Positions 8,680-19,641 of a stretch of DNA of 60,108 bases are shown here, piece by piece. Within the stretch, counting starts at the first letter, position 1. Every line of letters starts with the position of its first letter. The translations under genes were made by a program, and so were the position numbers. Source of the stretch: a virus (Duplodnaviria > Caudoviricetes); IMG/VR virus record IMGVR_UViG_3300044957_000926, positions 1-60,108 of that record. One strand, given 5' to 3'. The notes beneath the pieces were generated by a model. That model did no database searches, had not been told where the DNA came from, and saw only the letters and a list, made by a program, of their open reading frames with translations.

Positions 8680-11600
8680 TTAGATAGGAAATTCCCTAAT
8701 TTGAATCACATCACCATTAGAAGGAGCATCTCCTGTACCAAAAATACAGTTTGTTCCAGATACTGTATAATTTGTGTCTGGAATTTGTACAACACCATTT
8801 ATCATTACCATAATACTCTTAGAAGTGTGTCCAGTGGTAATGGTAAATGTTTGTTGAGTTCCAGTACCAGTATAGGTTCTAACATTATATTTTGTTGATA
8901 GTCCATAACCACCATCAACAACCAAATTACCACTAATATGCTGATTTCCGGTAACATCTAAACGAAATGTTTGATTAGCAAATCCACCCAATGCCATATT
9001 GGTTGTACTGCCAAAAGTAGCAATATCAATAAATCCAGTATTCGTGAGTCCAAACTTATACCAAGTATTAGAATAATACATCCAACCTAGATTCTTACCA
9101 GGAGTCCAAGAAGTATTATAAACAATATCTCCGTCTGAAGGAGTTGTATAGGTTGGAATCGAAGATAAGTTAGGAGAACCAAGACCGTTATCTGGTGCAA
9201 TTAATGTCGATTTAAGAATTGTTCCATCTGGATTAACATAATTAATTCTTTTAGCTTGAATTTCTTTGTCGGAAGTAATTTTGGATTGGAAAGTAACGGG
9301 ACCTGCAAATAAAGATTCGTTTTGGTTGGCCTTACCACCCAAAACAGTTAATTTATCAGTAAGAACGACTTCCGAGAATGTTTGAATTGTAGTATTTTCT
9401 TCACCAAGAATATCTAATTGAGCAACGTCTTCCTGAGTAATCTGTCCTGTAACGGGGTTAATAACTTGGTTACCAATAAATAGATCTCCATTGGAGTTCA
9501 AACCCGAATAAAACGAAACACCTGCTTGCTCTCTTAAAGATTGAGAGAATTTGATTTGATCAGCAGATAGAACTTCAACTTGAGTTTGTGGGAATGCGGT
9601 AGAATAGTTACCAGGGCCAAAACCAGTATATTCAAAGGTATGATTACCAGATCTCTGAATAGAGTGTCTTCTTAATTCAATTTGAATTGGAATAACATTA
9701 TTATTTGAATCAACTTTTAACGGAATTTTTCTTGTTTCCTCATTTCCATTTTTAGAAGTTAATGTAATAGATCCAAGAGTTCCTGCAGATGGGTTCCACG
9801 CAAAATTATTTTGAGTTTCTGCTAAAAAAGATTCTGTGGCTTCCTTAGTAATACTTCTTTGACTATTTTTATTTCCTAATCCATCAGTAGCATATACTGA
9901 ACCAATAGTAACATTATCTGCAATAGATACTGCAGCAAGTGGATCTCCTTTTGGATTATCCCTATCAAATGCAGGATATACTTCATTCACATTTTGTGAG
10001 AATCTATAATCATCAAAGTTTGATGTTGATGGTGCAACTGAAGCATTTAATAATGTTAGGTAATATATACCATCAGAAACACCCCTGGAGAAAGTTTGAA
10101 TTTGTTCAATCTCATAAATGTAATAACAATCAGTGTATGAAGGAGAACTTGTTTCGCTAGATCTTGGTTGAATTACATATCCAGTAATAGGTTCTCTAGG
10201 TACTGGGAATGAATCTTTAGGAACAACATATCGATATCTATAAATTCTATCTTTTAGAACACGAGAGTCTGGTCTTCTTTTAATAAAAGATGCTGGTGTG
10301 AAGGAAGCAGTAGCATATTGATTATTTGTAGTTAGAGTGGAAAAAATAGTATTAGTAATTCCACCACCTATCGTTTGAGTTTGTAAATACCATCCACCAA
10401 CTTGTTCACTTACACCATTAATCGTGTAAGTACTAGCATCAAATTTAATTGGACTTGCAGAACTATTAGCTGAGGATCCAGTTACACTTGGACCGTATGG
10501 ACTAATATATGCACTCTGTACTGTTGGTGTTGCTCCAGCTGATGCTGCTAATAGACAATAAATTCTATCTCCTGTAGTATTTGGTATTCCATCTTGTCTT
10601 GCGCCAATAGTATAACCTTGTGTTTTAGTGCTAGGTGGAGCATCTAAATTTGTATATCCATATAAGTACAATCTATTTGGATTAGATACAACTCTAGTTC
10701 TTTGAATATCGATATTTACCCAATTAAAAGAAACTTCAGAAATATCAGAAATATCTTTGGGTGGAATAACGTGTGTTAGAGTACCAAACTTATCCTTGGT
10801 AAATGCTTCTGCCTTGAATCCCTTACAACGTAGAGCAAGGCTACCAAAATTGGAGTTTGAGTTAGTGATGGACATGTCAGCACCACTATCAGCAAAGAAG
10901 TGATCACCATATCCCACAGCAAACACCGAAACAACCTGAATAAATGCGTCATTTGATGCTTTAATGTGGCAATGTCTCCATCCTTTTTTATATCGACATG
11001 CACCATCTAAATGAGCACCAGATCCACCCTCATCATAAGATCCAGTATTTGTATTATATCTTACAAATGCACGATCATCTTTTTGTAGCGAAAGACCTGT
11101 AAATTGTGCAACAACCATGGATTTGAAACCAGTTGCTTTTGACCCATCAGCGTGCATTCCGTTCATACCCCAAACAGAACGTAATGATAAGTTGAACGCA
11201 TATGGTGATGCAGAATCAACTGTATCAATTTCAACTTTAACAAGAATGTTAGAACCTACAGCATTACCTGTAGGTTCTGATGACATTTGATAAGTAAATA
11301 CATTACCTTGTGCTGATGTGACAGCAAAAGATCCATTATATAAGGCAGAATCTAATTCACTTTGAGTACCAGTAGAACCAGTAACACCAGAAATATTAAT
11401 ATTAACACCGACAGAGAATCCATGATTCCTGGGATTTCCTAATTCATCAACAGTAAGGGCAGTAGCAGTTTGACCATTTCTTGTGATCTGAAGAACTTGA
11501 TATTCATCTGAAATTGGTCCAACAATTCTATTTTCTTCAATTCTTGGTTGAATCTGATCCTGAGAAGGAATACCAGAAGTATCAGGAATTGTAGTAAATG

Positions 11601-12369
11601 CTCGTGAAATTTTTTGATAATAAATTTCAAGATCAGTTCTTGATGTTAAGTCTGGAATGATTGTAGATCCGATATCAAAGTTTGGAACAACTGTACCATT
11701 GCTAATCAGTTGTCCTAAAGTATTTACGCCATCGGCAAAACCAAAACATGTTACTTTATGATGTGAATAATTAGGTTGTATGGTACTAGAATCATTTTCT
11801 TTGTAATAAACTCCTGCAGAATCACCATCAAAAAAAGAAAATTGCCAAAAATAACATCCACCAGTTACTTTAAAAATGTGTGTTGGCCCTGGTTCATTAG
11901 TAGCAGTAATTCCTAATGATGGTTTTGTTGTAGGATATGGAATATATTTGGGAATAAGTTTGGTTCTTCTTAAATCAGAACCAATGACTGAACAACCTCT
12001 AGGAACAATAACCCCACCTTCAACAGAATTAAATTTATATAAAACATTATTGGGTGATGTCAAATCAAAATTAGAATTTTCATCTATTGGTGCAATTTCA
12101 GTATATAATATTTCTCCTGGTCTATTATCAATGATATATTCTGAAGGGTAAAGATAAATGCTAAACGCATCAAATTCATCGTTTGATAATCCAACGCGAT
12201 AAGAAAAACGTGAAACTTCTAAAAGAGCTCTTTGTAATGTTTTAAAGGGTCTTAATGCAGAGTTTCCTCTATTATCGATAGCATCAGAAGCATCAAAATC
12301 ATCTGGATTGACATAGATAATACGTCCTGTCCTCGACGTAATGATATTCTTTAGTCTGGTAAGTGACAT
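8680..12369 (-). CDS. Large cyanophage virion structural protein
   Basis: 1229 aa; MSLTRLKN..GRIIYVNPDDFDASD..RPFKTLQRALLE, MVVAQFTG and GPGNYSTAFPQ are typical of cyanomyophage structural proteins. Confidence 0.8.
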   Translation of the reverse strand: MSLTRLKNIITSRTGRIIYVNPDDFDASDAIDNRGNSALRPFKTLQRALLEVSRFSYRVGLSNDEFDAFSIYLYPSEYIIDNRPGEILYTEIAPIDENSNFDLTSPNNVLYKFNSVEGGVIVPRGCSVIGSDLRRTKLIPKYIPYPTTKPSLGITATNEPGPTHIFKVTGGCYFWQFSFFDGDSAGVYYKENDSSTIQPNYSHHKVTCFGFADGVNTLGQLISNGTVVPNFDIGSTIIPDLTSRTDLEIYYQKISRAFTTIPDTSGIPSQDQIQPRIEENRIVGPISDEYQVLQITRNGQTATALTVDELGNPRNHGFSVGVNINISGVTGSTGTQSELDSALYNGSFAVTSAQGNVFTYQMSSEPTGNAVGSNILVKVEIDTVDSASPYAFNLSLRSVWGMNGMHADGSKATGFKSMVVAQFTGLSLQKDDRAFVRYNTNTGSYDEGGSGAHLDGACRYKKGWRHCHIKASNDAFIQVVSVFAVGYGDHFFADSGADMSITNSNSNFGSLALRCKGFKAEAFTKDKFGTLTHVIPPKDISDISEVSFNWVNIDIQRTRVVSNPNRLYLYGYTNLDAPPSTKTQGYTIGARQDGIPNTTGDRIYCLLAASAGATPTVQSAYISPYGPSVTGSSANSSASPIKFDASTYTINGVSEQVGGWYLQTQTIGGGITNTIFSTLTTNNQYATASFTPASFIKRRPDSRVLKDRIYRYRYVVPKDSFPVPREPITGYVIQPRSSETSSPSYTDCYYIYEIEQIQTFSRGVSDGIYYLTLLNASVAPSTSNFDDYRFSQNVNEVYPAFDRDNPKGDPLAAVSIADNVTIGSVYATDGLGNKNSQRSITKEATESFLAETQNNFAWNPSAGTLGSITLTSKNGNEETRKIPLKVDSNNNVIPIQIELRRHSIQRSGNHTFEYTGFGPGNYSTAFPQTQVEVLSADQIKFSQSLREQAGVSFYSGLNSNGDLFIGNQVINPVTGQITQEDVAQLDILGEENTTIQTFSEVVLTDKLTVLGGKANQNESLFAGPVTFQSKITSDKEIQAKRINYVNPDGTILKSTLIAPDNGLGSPNLSSIPTYTTPSDGDIVYNTSWTPGKNLGWMYYSNTWYKFGLTNTGFIDIATFGSTTNMALGGFANQTFRLDVTGNQHISGNLVVDGGYGLSTKYNVRTYTGTGTQQTFTITTGHTSKSIMVMINGVVQIPDTNYTVSGTNCIFGTGDAPSNGDVIQIREFPI

Positions 12370-12397
12370 CTACCTTATTCCCATATAACTGTATTTA

Positions 12398-14251
12398 TTA
12401 TCCTAAAGCAAAATCTACGCTCTGTCTAATATAATAAATTGGGGTAAAATCATTTGTACTATCTTCAAACCCATGCAAAACGTAACTTAAACTTTGAGCG
12501 CTTGAATATACGATTAAGCTATCTCCAGGTCCAACAACTATTCCTGTTGTTCTTTCTACAGTATAGGCAGAAATAGATTTATCATAAACAATATAATCAT
12601 TTTCACTAATTACAGCAATACTGTCAATTGTTGCTTCTTCTCTTGCAGAAGCTGGTTGCAAAGGAGAATCCAAGATAGTATCATTCTCAGCAAAGAGTGA
12701 AGAATTTTTACCTGTTGCAATCTTAATAACAGATGGATTAGACCCTGTTACTTCAGTAACATATCCATATGATCCTATAGTAACATCCGTAATTGTGTAA
12801 TTAACATTACCAAAAGAAAAAGTATCTGTATCTGTTATTATTTTTTTTGTAGGATCAAAAATATAAATTTGAGTATAATTTGGAGTGAGATCAATTGCTA
12901 TCGTCGTACCAAAGTATGTTTTGCCAACACCAGAGTTGTAAGTATAATAAGTTGAGGTAACACCGACATTTTCTAAACTCAAATCAACCCTAGTATATGC
13001 TCCTGCGGATCCAGGAGTTCCATTAATAGTAACACCAGTGGTCAAATCCTCTCCCTCGGGAGATTGTGTGCCATCTGCATTCAAAGAAATTCTTAATGGA
13101 TTAGAAGTATTAGATGCATCCGATTGATCAAATTGAATAATTCTTTCGGCATCAGCTGGTATTGAAGATGGATATGAATACACTGTGCCGCCTGCACCAT
13201 TATTATAAACAAAAACATCATAAGGATTGTAAGCATCTCCTGCCAAACCTGGGATCGCAAGATCAACACTAGCGCCTAATCCATTAGTTACAGTTTCGTC
13301 TAGTTGAAAGAATGCAAAATGACCTGTAGTAACTGTTGTCTGTTGAGTAATGACACTACCATCGGCATGAGTTGCAGCAGTCGTACCAAACTCACCTCTA
13401 GTTACAGTTAAATTCAAACCAACAATTGAATTGATTCGTAAAAATTCATTATCAATTTGAATAAAAGATCCTATTGTTAAACCGGTTGTACTTGCAACTG
13501 TAAGAGTTGTATCAGTACTACTATAAGTTGCCCCTTCATTAACAGTCGTTGTAATTGCACTTGCTCGGAAAATAGTCATTGCAGTGCCAGCAAAGTGTTC
13601 TATTGCTGTAGTTCCGAGCTGACCTCTAGTTACAGTTACATTATAATCAGTAATCGAACTAATACGCATGATTTCATCATCAGTATAGATGTAATCATTT
13701 GCAACAACACCAGTATTATTATTTATTGTAAATGATGTTCCACTTGAAGTAACATTAGGAAGATTTAAATGAAATACTCCTTCGGTGATTCTATACACAG
13801 TTGCAGTGATTCCTGTAGTAGATCCTGTAATTGTGTTACCTACAGAAAAAGTGCCTGTTAATTCTTGAAGATCGAAAGAAGCAGAGCCTATACATACAAC
13901 TTTAGTTAAATAAGTAATAATTTCTGTATCTTGATATATGTCTTGTATTTTGAATGATCCTTGATTTTGATCAAGCGTGATAATATCACCGGGATCAAAA
14001 TCAGAAGTTGTAATACCAGGTTGAATAGTCAATAGATATCTAGAAATAACATTTCCTCTCTGGAAAGAATATGTAGAATCTAAGGTCAATTCTTGAGTAT
14101 AATTTCTCAATCCAACTCTATAAGTAGCAGCGGTTCCGCTTTGATTGCATACTTCTAATGCCGTGCTTGCTGCTTTATCAATTGGGCATTGGTATAGTGT
14201 AGATTGTGTAGTAGCGGCGGCTTTAGTTGCTGCCAATCTTCCTGCTGTCAT
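12398..14251 (-). CDS. Virion structural protein
   Basis: 617 aa; two repeated beta modules (E.MRI..VTRGQLGTTA.EH and EFLRI..VTRGEFGTTAATH). Confidence 0.7.
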   Translation of the reverse strand: MTAGRLAATKAAATTQSTLYQCPIDKAASTALEVCNQSGTAATYRVGLRNYTQELTLDSTYSFQRGNVISRYLLTIQPGITTSDFDPGDIITLDQNQGSFKIQDIYQDTEIITYLTKVVCIGSASFDLQELTGTFSVGNTITGSTTGITATVYRITEGVFHLNLPNVTSSGTSFTINNNTGVVANDYIYTDDEIMRISSITDYNVTVTRGQLGTTAIEHFAGTAMTIFRASAITTTVNEGATYSSTDTTLTVASTTGLTIGSFIQIDNEFLRINSIVGLNLTVTRGEFGTTAATHADGSVITQQTTVTTGHFAFFQLDETVTNGLGASVDLAIPGLAGDAYNPYDVFVYNNGAGGTVYSYPSSIPADAERIIQFDQSDASNTSNPLRISLNADGTQSPEGEDLTTGVTINGTPGSAGAYTRVDLSLENVGVTSTYYTYNSGVGKTYFGTTIAIDLTPNYTQIYIFDPTKKIITDTDTFSFGNVNYTITDVTIGSYGYVTEVTGSNPSVIKIATGKNSSLFAENDTILDSPLQPASAREEATIDSIAVISENDYIVYDKSISAYTVERTTGIVVGPGDSLIVYSSAQSLSYVLHGFEDSTNDFTPIYYIRQSVDFALG

Positions 14252-14257
14252 TTTTAG

Positions 14258-15565
14258 TTATCTCCAGGCTGATAAGAAATGTGTTCTGAGTCTAAGTCTC
14301 CCACCGAAAGAATCGGCTGCAAGTGCTCCACCGAAAGTAATACCTTCTAAGGAACCAACGTTATTTGTTGAAAGTAATGTAGCATCTTCATTTGGGAATG
14401 AAATTGTTCTTGTATTTGTGAGGTTGGTTAAATCAAAAATAATTTTTCTATTAATAGATCTACCATCAGTAAATACTGGTATATCATATTGTTTATTTTT
14501 TAGCGTTTGTGTCGCAAGTTCAGATATCAAAATACTAGTGCCAGTAGTATTTAGTGCTGTCGGAAAAGCAAAAGTATCATTCGTTATTGCTTGTCTATTA
14601 GATAATGAAAAATTAACTTTTTTAGTTGCATCAGTAGAATCTGAAAAAATAGGATTTTGATAATTTTTGTTTGAAATAGTTTGAGTTGCATTAGTACCAA
14701 CTAAAATAATATTAAGATCTGGAAAAGTTACGGTTCTTGTTGCAGTAATTACAGAGGCATCAAAATTAACTTTGTTTGATGTTGAAATATTTCCAGCAAT
14801 TTGAGGTTGTACTAAAGTTTTGTTAGAAATAGTTTGAGACGTTATATCATCAATGATATTAACAGATGTTACACTTGGCCCTGGATCACCAAAGAAATAA
14901 GTTTTTGACGCTGTTCCTTGTGTGGTAATCCAGTCAATACCGAATTTAGCAGTTAAAGTATCATCAGTAATAAACAAATTATTTTGATCAATACGAATAA
15001 CTTTGTTTGTAATTGTTTGTACGGTATCTGTACCAACAAGAGTTGTTGCATTACCAACTGTAACTGTTGGAAGAGCAAAGGTCTTTGTTCCAGTTCCAAT
15101 ATTACTAATTTCAAATCGAGCTTTTTTGCTACTTGTTACGTCATCAGCAATTTCAAATTGTGTATCTTGCAACCTAAATATAGATCCAGATTGAACAGTT
15201 ACAACACCAGATCCTTTTGGTTGGAACATTATATTTGTATTATCAAATGCACTATCAATTGCTTGTATTTTTGCAGTTGATACTGTTTGCGATTCCTCAA
15301 TTTTAGTAAAATAGTATCCTGCCGTTCCAAATGATATACCAAGTTCAGAATAATTCGTTTGAAACAATCCAGTTTTACGATCTAGATCAAAACATAGACC
15401 AGGAGCAGTCTTTGATCCTTGAGATACACCACGAAATAACTGATTAACCTTAGCTTTTCTGTTTGGAATTAGAGGATCTGAAATAACAACAGGAAGAATA
15501 GCTTCTCCAGTTAAAATATCATTACCAAGATTATCTAATTGTGATATTTTTTTTGTACCTGCCAC
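14258..15565 (-). CDS. Virion structural / fibre-like protein
   Basis: Start moved to GTG 15565 (MAGTKKISQL), downstream of TATAAATA at 15595..15602; repeated T-L-V-G-T..QTI.NK units. Confidence 0.7.
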   Translation of the reverse strand: MAGTKKISQLDNLGNDILTGEAILPVVISDPLIPNRKAKVNQLFRGVSQGSKTAPGLCFDLDRKTGLFQTNYSELGISFGTAGYYFTKIEESQTVSTAKIQAIDSAFDNTNIMFQPKGSGVVTVQSGSIFRLQDTQFEIADDVTSSKKARFEISNIGTGTKTFALPTVTVGNATTLVGTDTVQTITNKVIRIDQNNLFITDDTLTAKFGIDWITTQGTASKTYFFGDPGPSVTSVNIIDDITSQTISNKTLVQPQIAGNISTSNKVNFDASVITATRTVTFPDLNIILVGTNATQTISNKNYQNPIFSDSTDATKKVNFSLSNRQAITNDTFAFPTALNTTGTSILISELATQTLKNKQYDIPVFTDGRSINRKIIFDLTNLTNTRTISFPNEDATLLSTNNVGSLEGITFGGALAADSFGGRLRLRTHFLSAWR

Positions 15566-15657
15566 GCCGCGAGTTCCAGATAGTGCTTCAGATTTATTTA
15601 TAAAAGAAAAGGAGATAGATTTCTTCATCTCCTTCACACGGACAACTTATTATAGTA

Positions 15658-15882
15658 TTAATAGGGTGGTCCATCAAATCCTTCTAACTGATGTATTTTC
15701 TGTTTGTGTTCTTTAACTAAGTCTCTTATTTTTTGTGACTGCAATTCATAGAATGGATCCCCAGTACTAATATAGTACTCTTGCAACATGTCAATGTACT
15801 TAATCATTTGGTGAATAAAGGAATTCCAATCATTTCTAGTTTCAACAAAAAAAGTTCTCCGCTCTATCACGGACTGCACCAT
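15658..15882 (-). CDS. Hypothetical protein
   Basis: 74-aa ORF with late-promoter-like ATAAATA at 15894..15900. Confidence 0.6.
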   Translation of the reverse strand: MVQSVIERRTFFVETRNDWNSFIHQMIKYIDMLQEYYISTGDPFYELQSQKIRDLVKEHKQKIHQLEGFDGPPY

Positions 15883-15903
15883 TCAGTACATATTATTTAT
15901 CAA

Positions 15904-15975
15904 AGCCTCCTATCGGAATCGAACCGATGACCAACGGTTTACAAAACCGTTGCTCTACCTCTGAGCTAAAGAGGC
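15904..15975 (-). tRNA. trnT: tRNA-Thr(UGU)
   Basis: Cloverleaf GCCTCTT/AGGAGGC, anticodon arm ACGGT-TTTGTAA-ACCGT, T loop TTCGATT; CCA not encoded. Confidence 0.95.
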
Positions 15976-16176
15976 GTAGTTAATAGGATAAATTGATGTA
16001 ACATCATTATGCACAATTACATCTTTCCAAACTTCTTTATAGCACATTACACAACAGTCAAAAATATTATCTTCGTCATAAACATTAACACAAATAGAAA
16101 TATATTCTTCAGATATAAATCTGATATATCCCTTAACATGTTTCCATTCGACAAAAGATCCGACTTTAAAATTCAT
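15955..16176 (-). CDS. Hypothetical protein; stop codon lies inside tRNA-Thr
   Basis: Likely start ATG 16176 (GGAG upstream), MNFKVGSFVEWKHVKGYIRFISEEYISICV... Confidence 0.65.
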   Translation of the reverse strand: MNFKVGSFVEWKHVKGYIRFISEEYISICVNVYDEDNIFDCCVMCYKEVWKDVIVHNDVTSIYPINYASLAQR

Positions 16177-16537
16177 AGTCTCCCCTGGGAAATGATTTTG
16201 ATGTGTGTGATTTAGGTTTAAACTTTTCAATTACATACCACATGGCCGCTTCAGGATTACACAATCCACATGTATAAATGTCGATTGCAGCGCAACCTTT
16301 CTCGGGCCAAGTATGAATTGAAATGTGCGATTCGGAAAGTAAGAGAATAAAGGTAATACCTTGCGGTTCAAATTTATGAAAAACACTATCTAGAATAGTG
16401 GCACCAGATACGATTGCTGCTTGACGAAGCATGTCATCAATAAACTGCAAGTCATCAAGTAGATTATATTTGACGCCATAAACTTCAAGAGTACAATGCT
16501 TTCCTAAATTTTCCAAGGCATAATACCTCGACTTCAC
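16166..16537 (-). CDS. speD: S-adenosylmethionine decarboxylase proenzyme
   Basis: GKH, HKFEPQG, LLSESHISIHTWPE (pyruvoyl self-cleavage site), DIYTCG. Confidence 0.93.
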   Translation of the reverse strand: MKSRYYALENLGKHCTLEVYGVKYNLLDDLQFIDDMLRQAAIVSGATILDSVFHKFEPQGITFILLLSESHISIHTWPEKGCAAIDIYTCGLCNPEAAMWYVIEKFKPKSHTSKSFPRGDYEF

Positions 16538-16575
16538 TTAAGTTACAGCTTATTTAGTTGTAATAGAGCGAGGAT

Positions 16576-16851
16576 CTAAAATGGCATGTCAAGAGGGGGA
16601 GGTCCAGCAAGTTCAGTTGATCTTGATGATAAATTTAAGGGAGTCTCAAGTGCTTTTTGCATTTCTTCAAGATCAGCAAGCACATCAGAAGGAATAGGGC
16701 TCTTCTCGATTACAGGAATCAAAAGAAAATCACCATGATCTTCTGTAGTTACTCGTAAAGACATTCGATTGCGTCCAACAAGAACTTCACAGATAAATTC
16801 TACGTTCTCAGACAGTTCAAAAAGATTAATTACAGGGACTTGTGTGTTCAT
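16576..16851 (-). CDS. Hypothetical protein
   Basis: 91 aa; ATGA-coupled to the upstream ORF. Confidence 0.65.
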   Translation of the reverse strand: MNTQVPVINLFELSENVEFICEVLVGRNRMSLRVTTEDHGDFLLIPVIEKSPIPSDVLADLEEMQKALETPLNLSSRSTELAGPPPLDMPF

Positions 16852-17045
16852 AGTTTATAAATGCGTTGGTCAGCAGGAAGAACTTTTTGACAGTATTCTA
16901 CTATATTTTGAAATTGAATACGTCCTTCTTCAGTAAAAGGACAAGACTCGGACTTAAATTCACCATCATAACCGTACATTTCAATGGTGCGTTTGGTGAA
17001 ATCTAGAACCACACGATCTAGTTCAGAAAAAATGTTGATTTCCAT
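16848..17045 (-). CDS. Conserved cyanophage hypothetical protein
   Basis: 65 aa; directly downstream of a sigma70 promoter. Confidence 0.7.
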   Translation of the reverse strand: MEINIFSELDRVVLDFTKRTIEMYGYDGEFKSESCPFTEEGRIQFQNIVEYCQKVLPADQRIYKL

Positions 17046-17085
17046 AGAGGTGTTTTAAAAAGTTCCAGTGGGCCTGTACAGGGTT

Positions 17086-17114
17086 ATCATAGCACAGTGG
17101 CAACCCCCTGTCAA
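17086..17114 (-). promoter_or_regulatory. sigma70-type early promoter
   Basis: TTGACA-17 nt-TATGAT with extended -10 TG. Confidence 0.85.
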
Positions 17115-17118
17115 GGGG

Positions 17119-19578
17119 TCAGTTGAGACTAATTAGAGCAGCTTTAACATCGCAGGTAGCAGCTGCTTTAATGCTGACGGCAGCACCTGCATTTATTGCA
17201 ACTGCCCCTGCTGCTGCATTCAAACTTAAAGCACCAGCAGCAACATTTATTGTTCCGTATCCAGCACCAACATTCACTGAAAACCCAACTGCACCAACTT
17301 GAATACTGACTGGTCCTGCTGCATTAGTAACATTAAATCTAGGTACAAAATCAGCCGCACCCATAGCTCCTGGAGTAATGAACATATCATATGATCCACC
17401 CATAATAAATGTAGTAATCCCTCTCTTTATACCAGGAATTCCGCCAACATTAATATTTCTAATAAGAGAAGGTGTTTCAACATACATGCAATTGCCAGCA
17501 GTCAATTTTAAATCATTACTACAATTAATATTCATACTAGGAACATTTAATGACAAATTATCAGAAATAATTTTCTGATCTGTTCCTGATTTTGCAGCAA
17601 CCGTAGATCCCATACTTTGAGTTTCAAATTTGCCCCTACCAGAAATTTCTGTATCGCTATCAAATACAATCAAATTCTTTCTTTGCTTAGAAGAAGTATC
17701 TCCCTTTTTACCATTATTTGCAACTGTCTGTGGCGCTCCACTTACATGCATTGCTAAGCGACCGCCAACTTCAATATCTAAATTACCAACAATTTTTAAT
17801 TTATAATTACCATCAATTGTATGTTGAAATATGCCTTTATTATAAACAGACATGTCTTTATGTACATCAATTGATGTTGGATTTGGACAATTTACATGTA
17901 GTCCTGCAATTGTTTCACCTGCTTTTTCGTTTTTGGGAGGTGAGGGGTTTTTTCCTTCTTTGGCAGCATCTCGTTGTGTTTTAAAGTTATTTGCCACAGA
18001 ATCATTTGACTTGACTGCAGAAACTGTAGTACCATCTGCTGTTCTTACTAAGGTTGCTTCTCTACCAGGAGTACTAAATTGAGCACTATATGATCCATTC
18101 ATAGCATTTGAAAATGCTGTCAAATATGGATCTGCTTCATTAATAATAGCAGTCATTATATTTGTTGCTTTATTTAATCCTCCTGACCCCGATCCACATC
18201 GTCCAGATCCGTCATTTCCCAAAGGACTTCCACCAGTAAAATTACAATCTGTACTTCCTAAAAATGGTATAAATCCTGTATTTACATCACCGCCTGGAGC
18301 TGTCCTATTGCACTGAGTTGGTAACAATCCAATCAAAAGTGATAAGATAGCAGTTATTGAAGAAAAATCACTAATACTTAATTTTTCTAAATTCTCAAAA
18401 AACGATGTTCCTTTTTTAAATGTTTCCGAAACACTCTTAACTACTTGTATTGCTGATGATATCGCAGAAATAATACTTTGTATTTGACTAAACAGTGCAT
18501 CGATAGCACAAAGAATATCCGAAATAATTTGATCAAAAGCAGTTGATACAAGTTCAAATATCATATCAAATGCTTTACCAAGCACACTTGCAATGAATTG
18601 ATCAACAGTTCCACTCAATGCAGATAAAGCACTACCCAAAAAACTAGAATCAATATCACAAAGATACTTCAATACTATTTTAATAATTGCTTGTAGAGCC
18701 GTTGTATATACAAAAGGAATACCAAGAAATGATGTTAGTTTTAAAGCTTTAATAACTTTTGCCATTGTTGTGACAAATAATTCCTTTAATCCAGCAACTG
18801 CTTCAGACAAGACACCAGAAATCAAATTCTTTACTTTTCCTGCTAAGGCATCAACATTTTTAACTGTACCATCGACAACACTAATCCAAGCACCATCTTT
18901 AGGAACCAAAGTCGAAATAGTCAATCCGATATCTTTAAGCATGTAGCTTAAATGCGTTTCAAAGGTATTTGAAGATCCAGCAACACCATTTGCTGCAGGA
19001 CGTAATTCTGGATTTACAAGTGTATTTAAATTTGCATTTAGTGCATTTAATGGTTGCCCTGGAGCTGGTGATGTAGTATTTGTTTTGGAACTTGTGCTGG
19101 TACTTAAACCCGTCCCTCTGGTATCAGATTGACCTGTTGCAGGATTTGTTATACCTAAATTTGTAGTATTATCATAAGTATCTCCCGTATAGATACTTTC
19201 GATTTCACCATTAACTGTTCCTGGTTTATATGCTCTAATAACACCCATAACAACTGGTTGCTGAGCCTCTTGACCATCCAAAAAGAAACCCATAACCATG
19301 GCACCAGGTTTTAATTGTCCTGCTGATTTTCCTGTGCCTTCCTGACCACCTTGATCTGTTGGTTGTAATACAATTGCCCAAGGTAGATCTTCATCGGGCA
19401 TAGTCTCCTTAAATTTATCATCAAGACCAGTATACCAACCAGATATTCTAACCTTTACCCGTCCAACTTGTAACGGATCTTTGTCTTCTACAACTTCGCC
19501 AAACCACCAATAGAATCCATCTTTACCAAGAAAATCCACAGTTGGTTCATTAAGAATTCCATCAAAGGTAGCAGGCAT
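17119..19578 (-). CDS. gp5: Baseplate hub/spike protein, gp5-like
   Basis: N-terminal Gp5 OB-fold (WWFGEVV..DP..GRVKVRI.G..LPWA..V.GFFLDG..Q.P.VMG); C-terminal beta-helix-like repeats; no lysozyme motif seen. Confidence 0.85.
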   Translation of the reverse strand: MPATFDGILNEPTVDFLGKDGFYWWFGEVVEDKDPLQVGRVKVRISGWYTGLDDKFKETMPDEDLPWAIVLQPTDQGGQEGTGKSAGQLKPGAMVMGFFLDGQEAQQPVVMGVIRAYKPGTVNGEIESIYTGDTYDNTTNLGITNPATGQSDTRGTGLSTSTSSKTNTTSPAPGQPLNALNANLNTLVNPELRPAANGVAGSSNTFETHLSYMLKDIGLTISTLVPKDGAWISVVDGTVKNVDALAGKVKNLISGVLSEAVAGLKELFVTTMAKVIKALKLTSFLGIPFVYTTALQAIIKIVLKYLCDIDSSFLGSALSALSGTVDQFIASVLGKAFDMIFELVSTAFDQIISDILCAIDALFSQIQSIISAISSAIQVVKSVSETFKKGTSFFENLEKLSISDFSSITAILSLLIGLLPTQCNRTAPGGDVNTGFIPFLGSTDCNFTGGSPLGNDGSGRCGSGSGGLNKATNIMTAIINEADPYLTAFSNAMNGSYSAQFSTPGREATLVRTADGTTVSAVKSNDSVANNFKTQRDAAKEGKNPSPPKNEKAGETIAGLHVNCPNPTSIDVHKDMSVYNKGIFQHTIDGNYKLKIVGNLDIEVGGRLAMHVSGAPQTVANNGKKGDTSSKQRKNLIVFDSDTEISGRGKFETQSMGSTVAAKSGTDQKIISDNLSLNVPSMNINCSNDLKLTAGNCMYVETPSLIRNINVGGIPGIKRGITTFIMGGSYDMFITPGAMGAADFVPRFNVTNAAGPVSIQVGAVGFSVNVGAGYGTINVAAGALSLNAAAGAVAINAGAAVSIKAAATCDVKAALISLN

Positions 19579-19612
19579 TATTGTCAATCATAGATTCAAA
19601 AATTATTTATAC

Positions 19613-19635
19613 AAAAAAAGGGAGGTTGCCCTCCC
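19613..19635 (-). terminator. Rho-independent terminator
   Basis: GGGAGG-GCAA-CCTCCC followed by T7, just after the rlpA stop. Confidence 0.85.
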
Positions 19636-19641
19636 ACTTAA

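Noticed and set aside
14258-15637. ORF-track start at 15637
   Set aside because: The extension spans the late promoter TATAAATA; GTG 15565 gives the typical MAGTKKISQL start.
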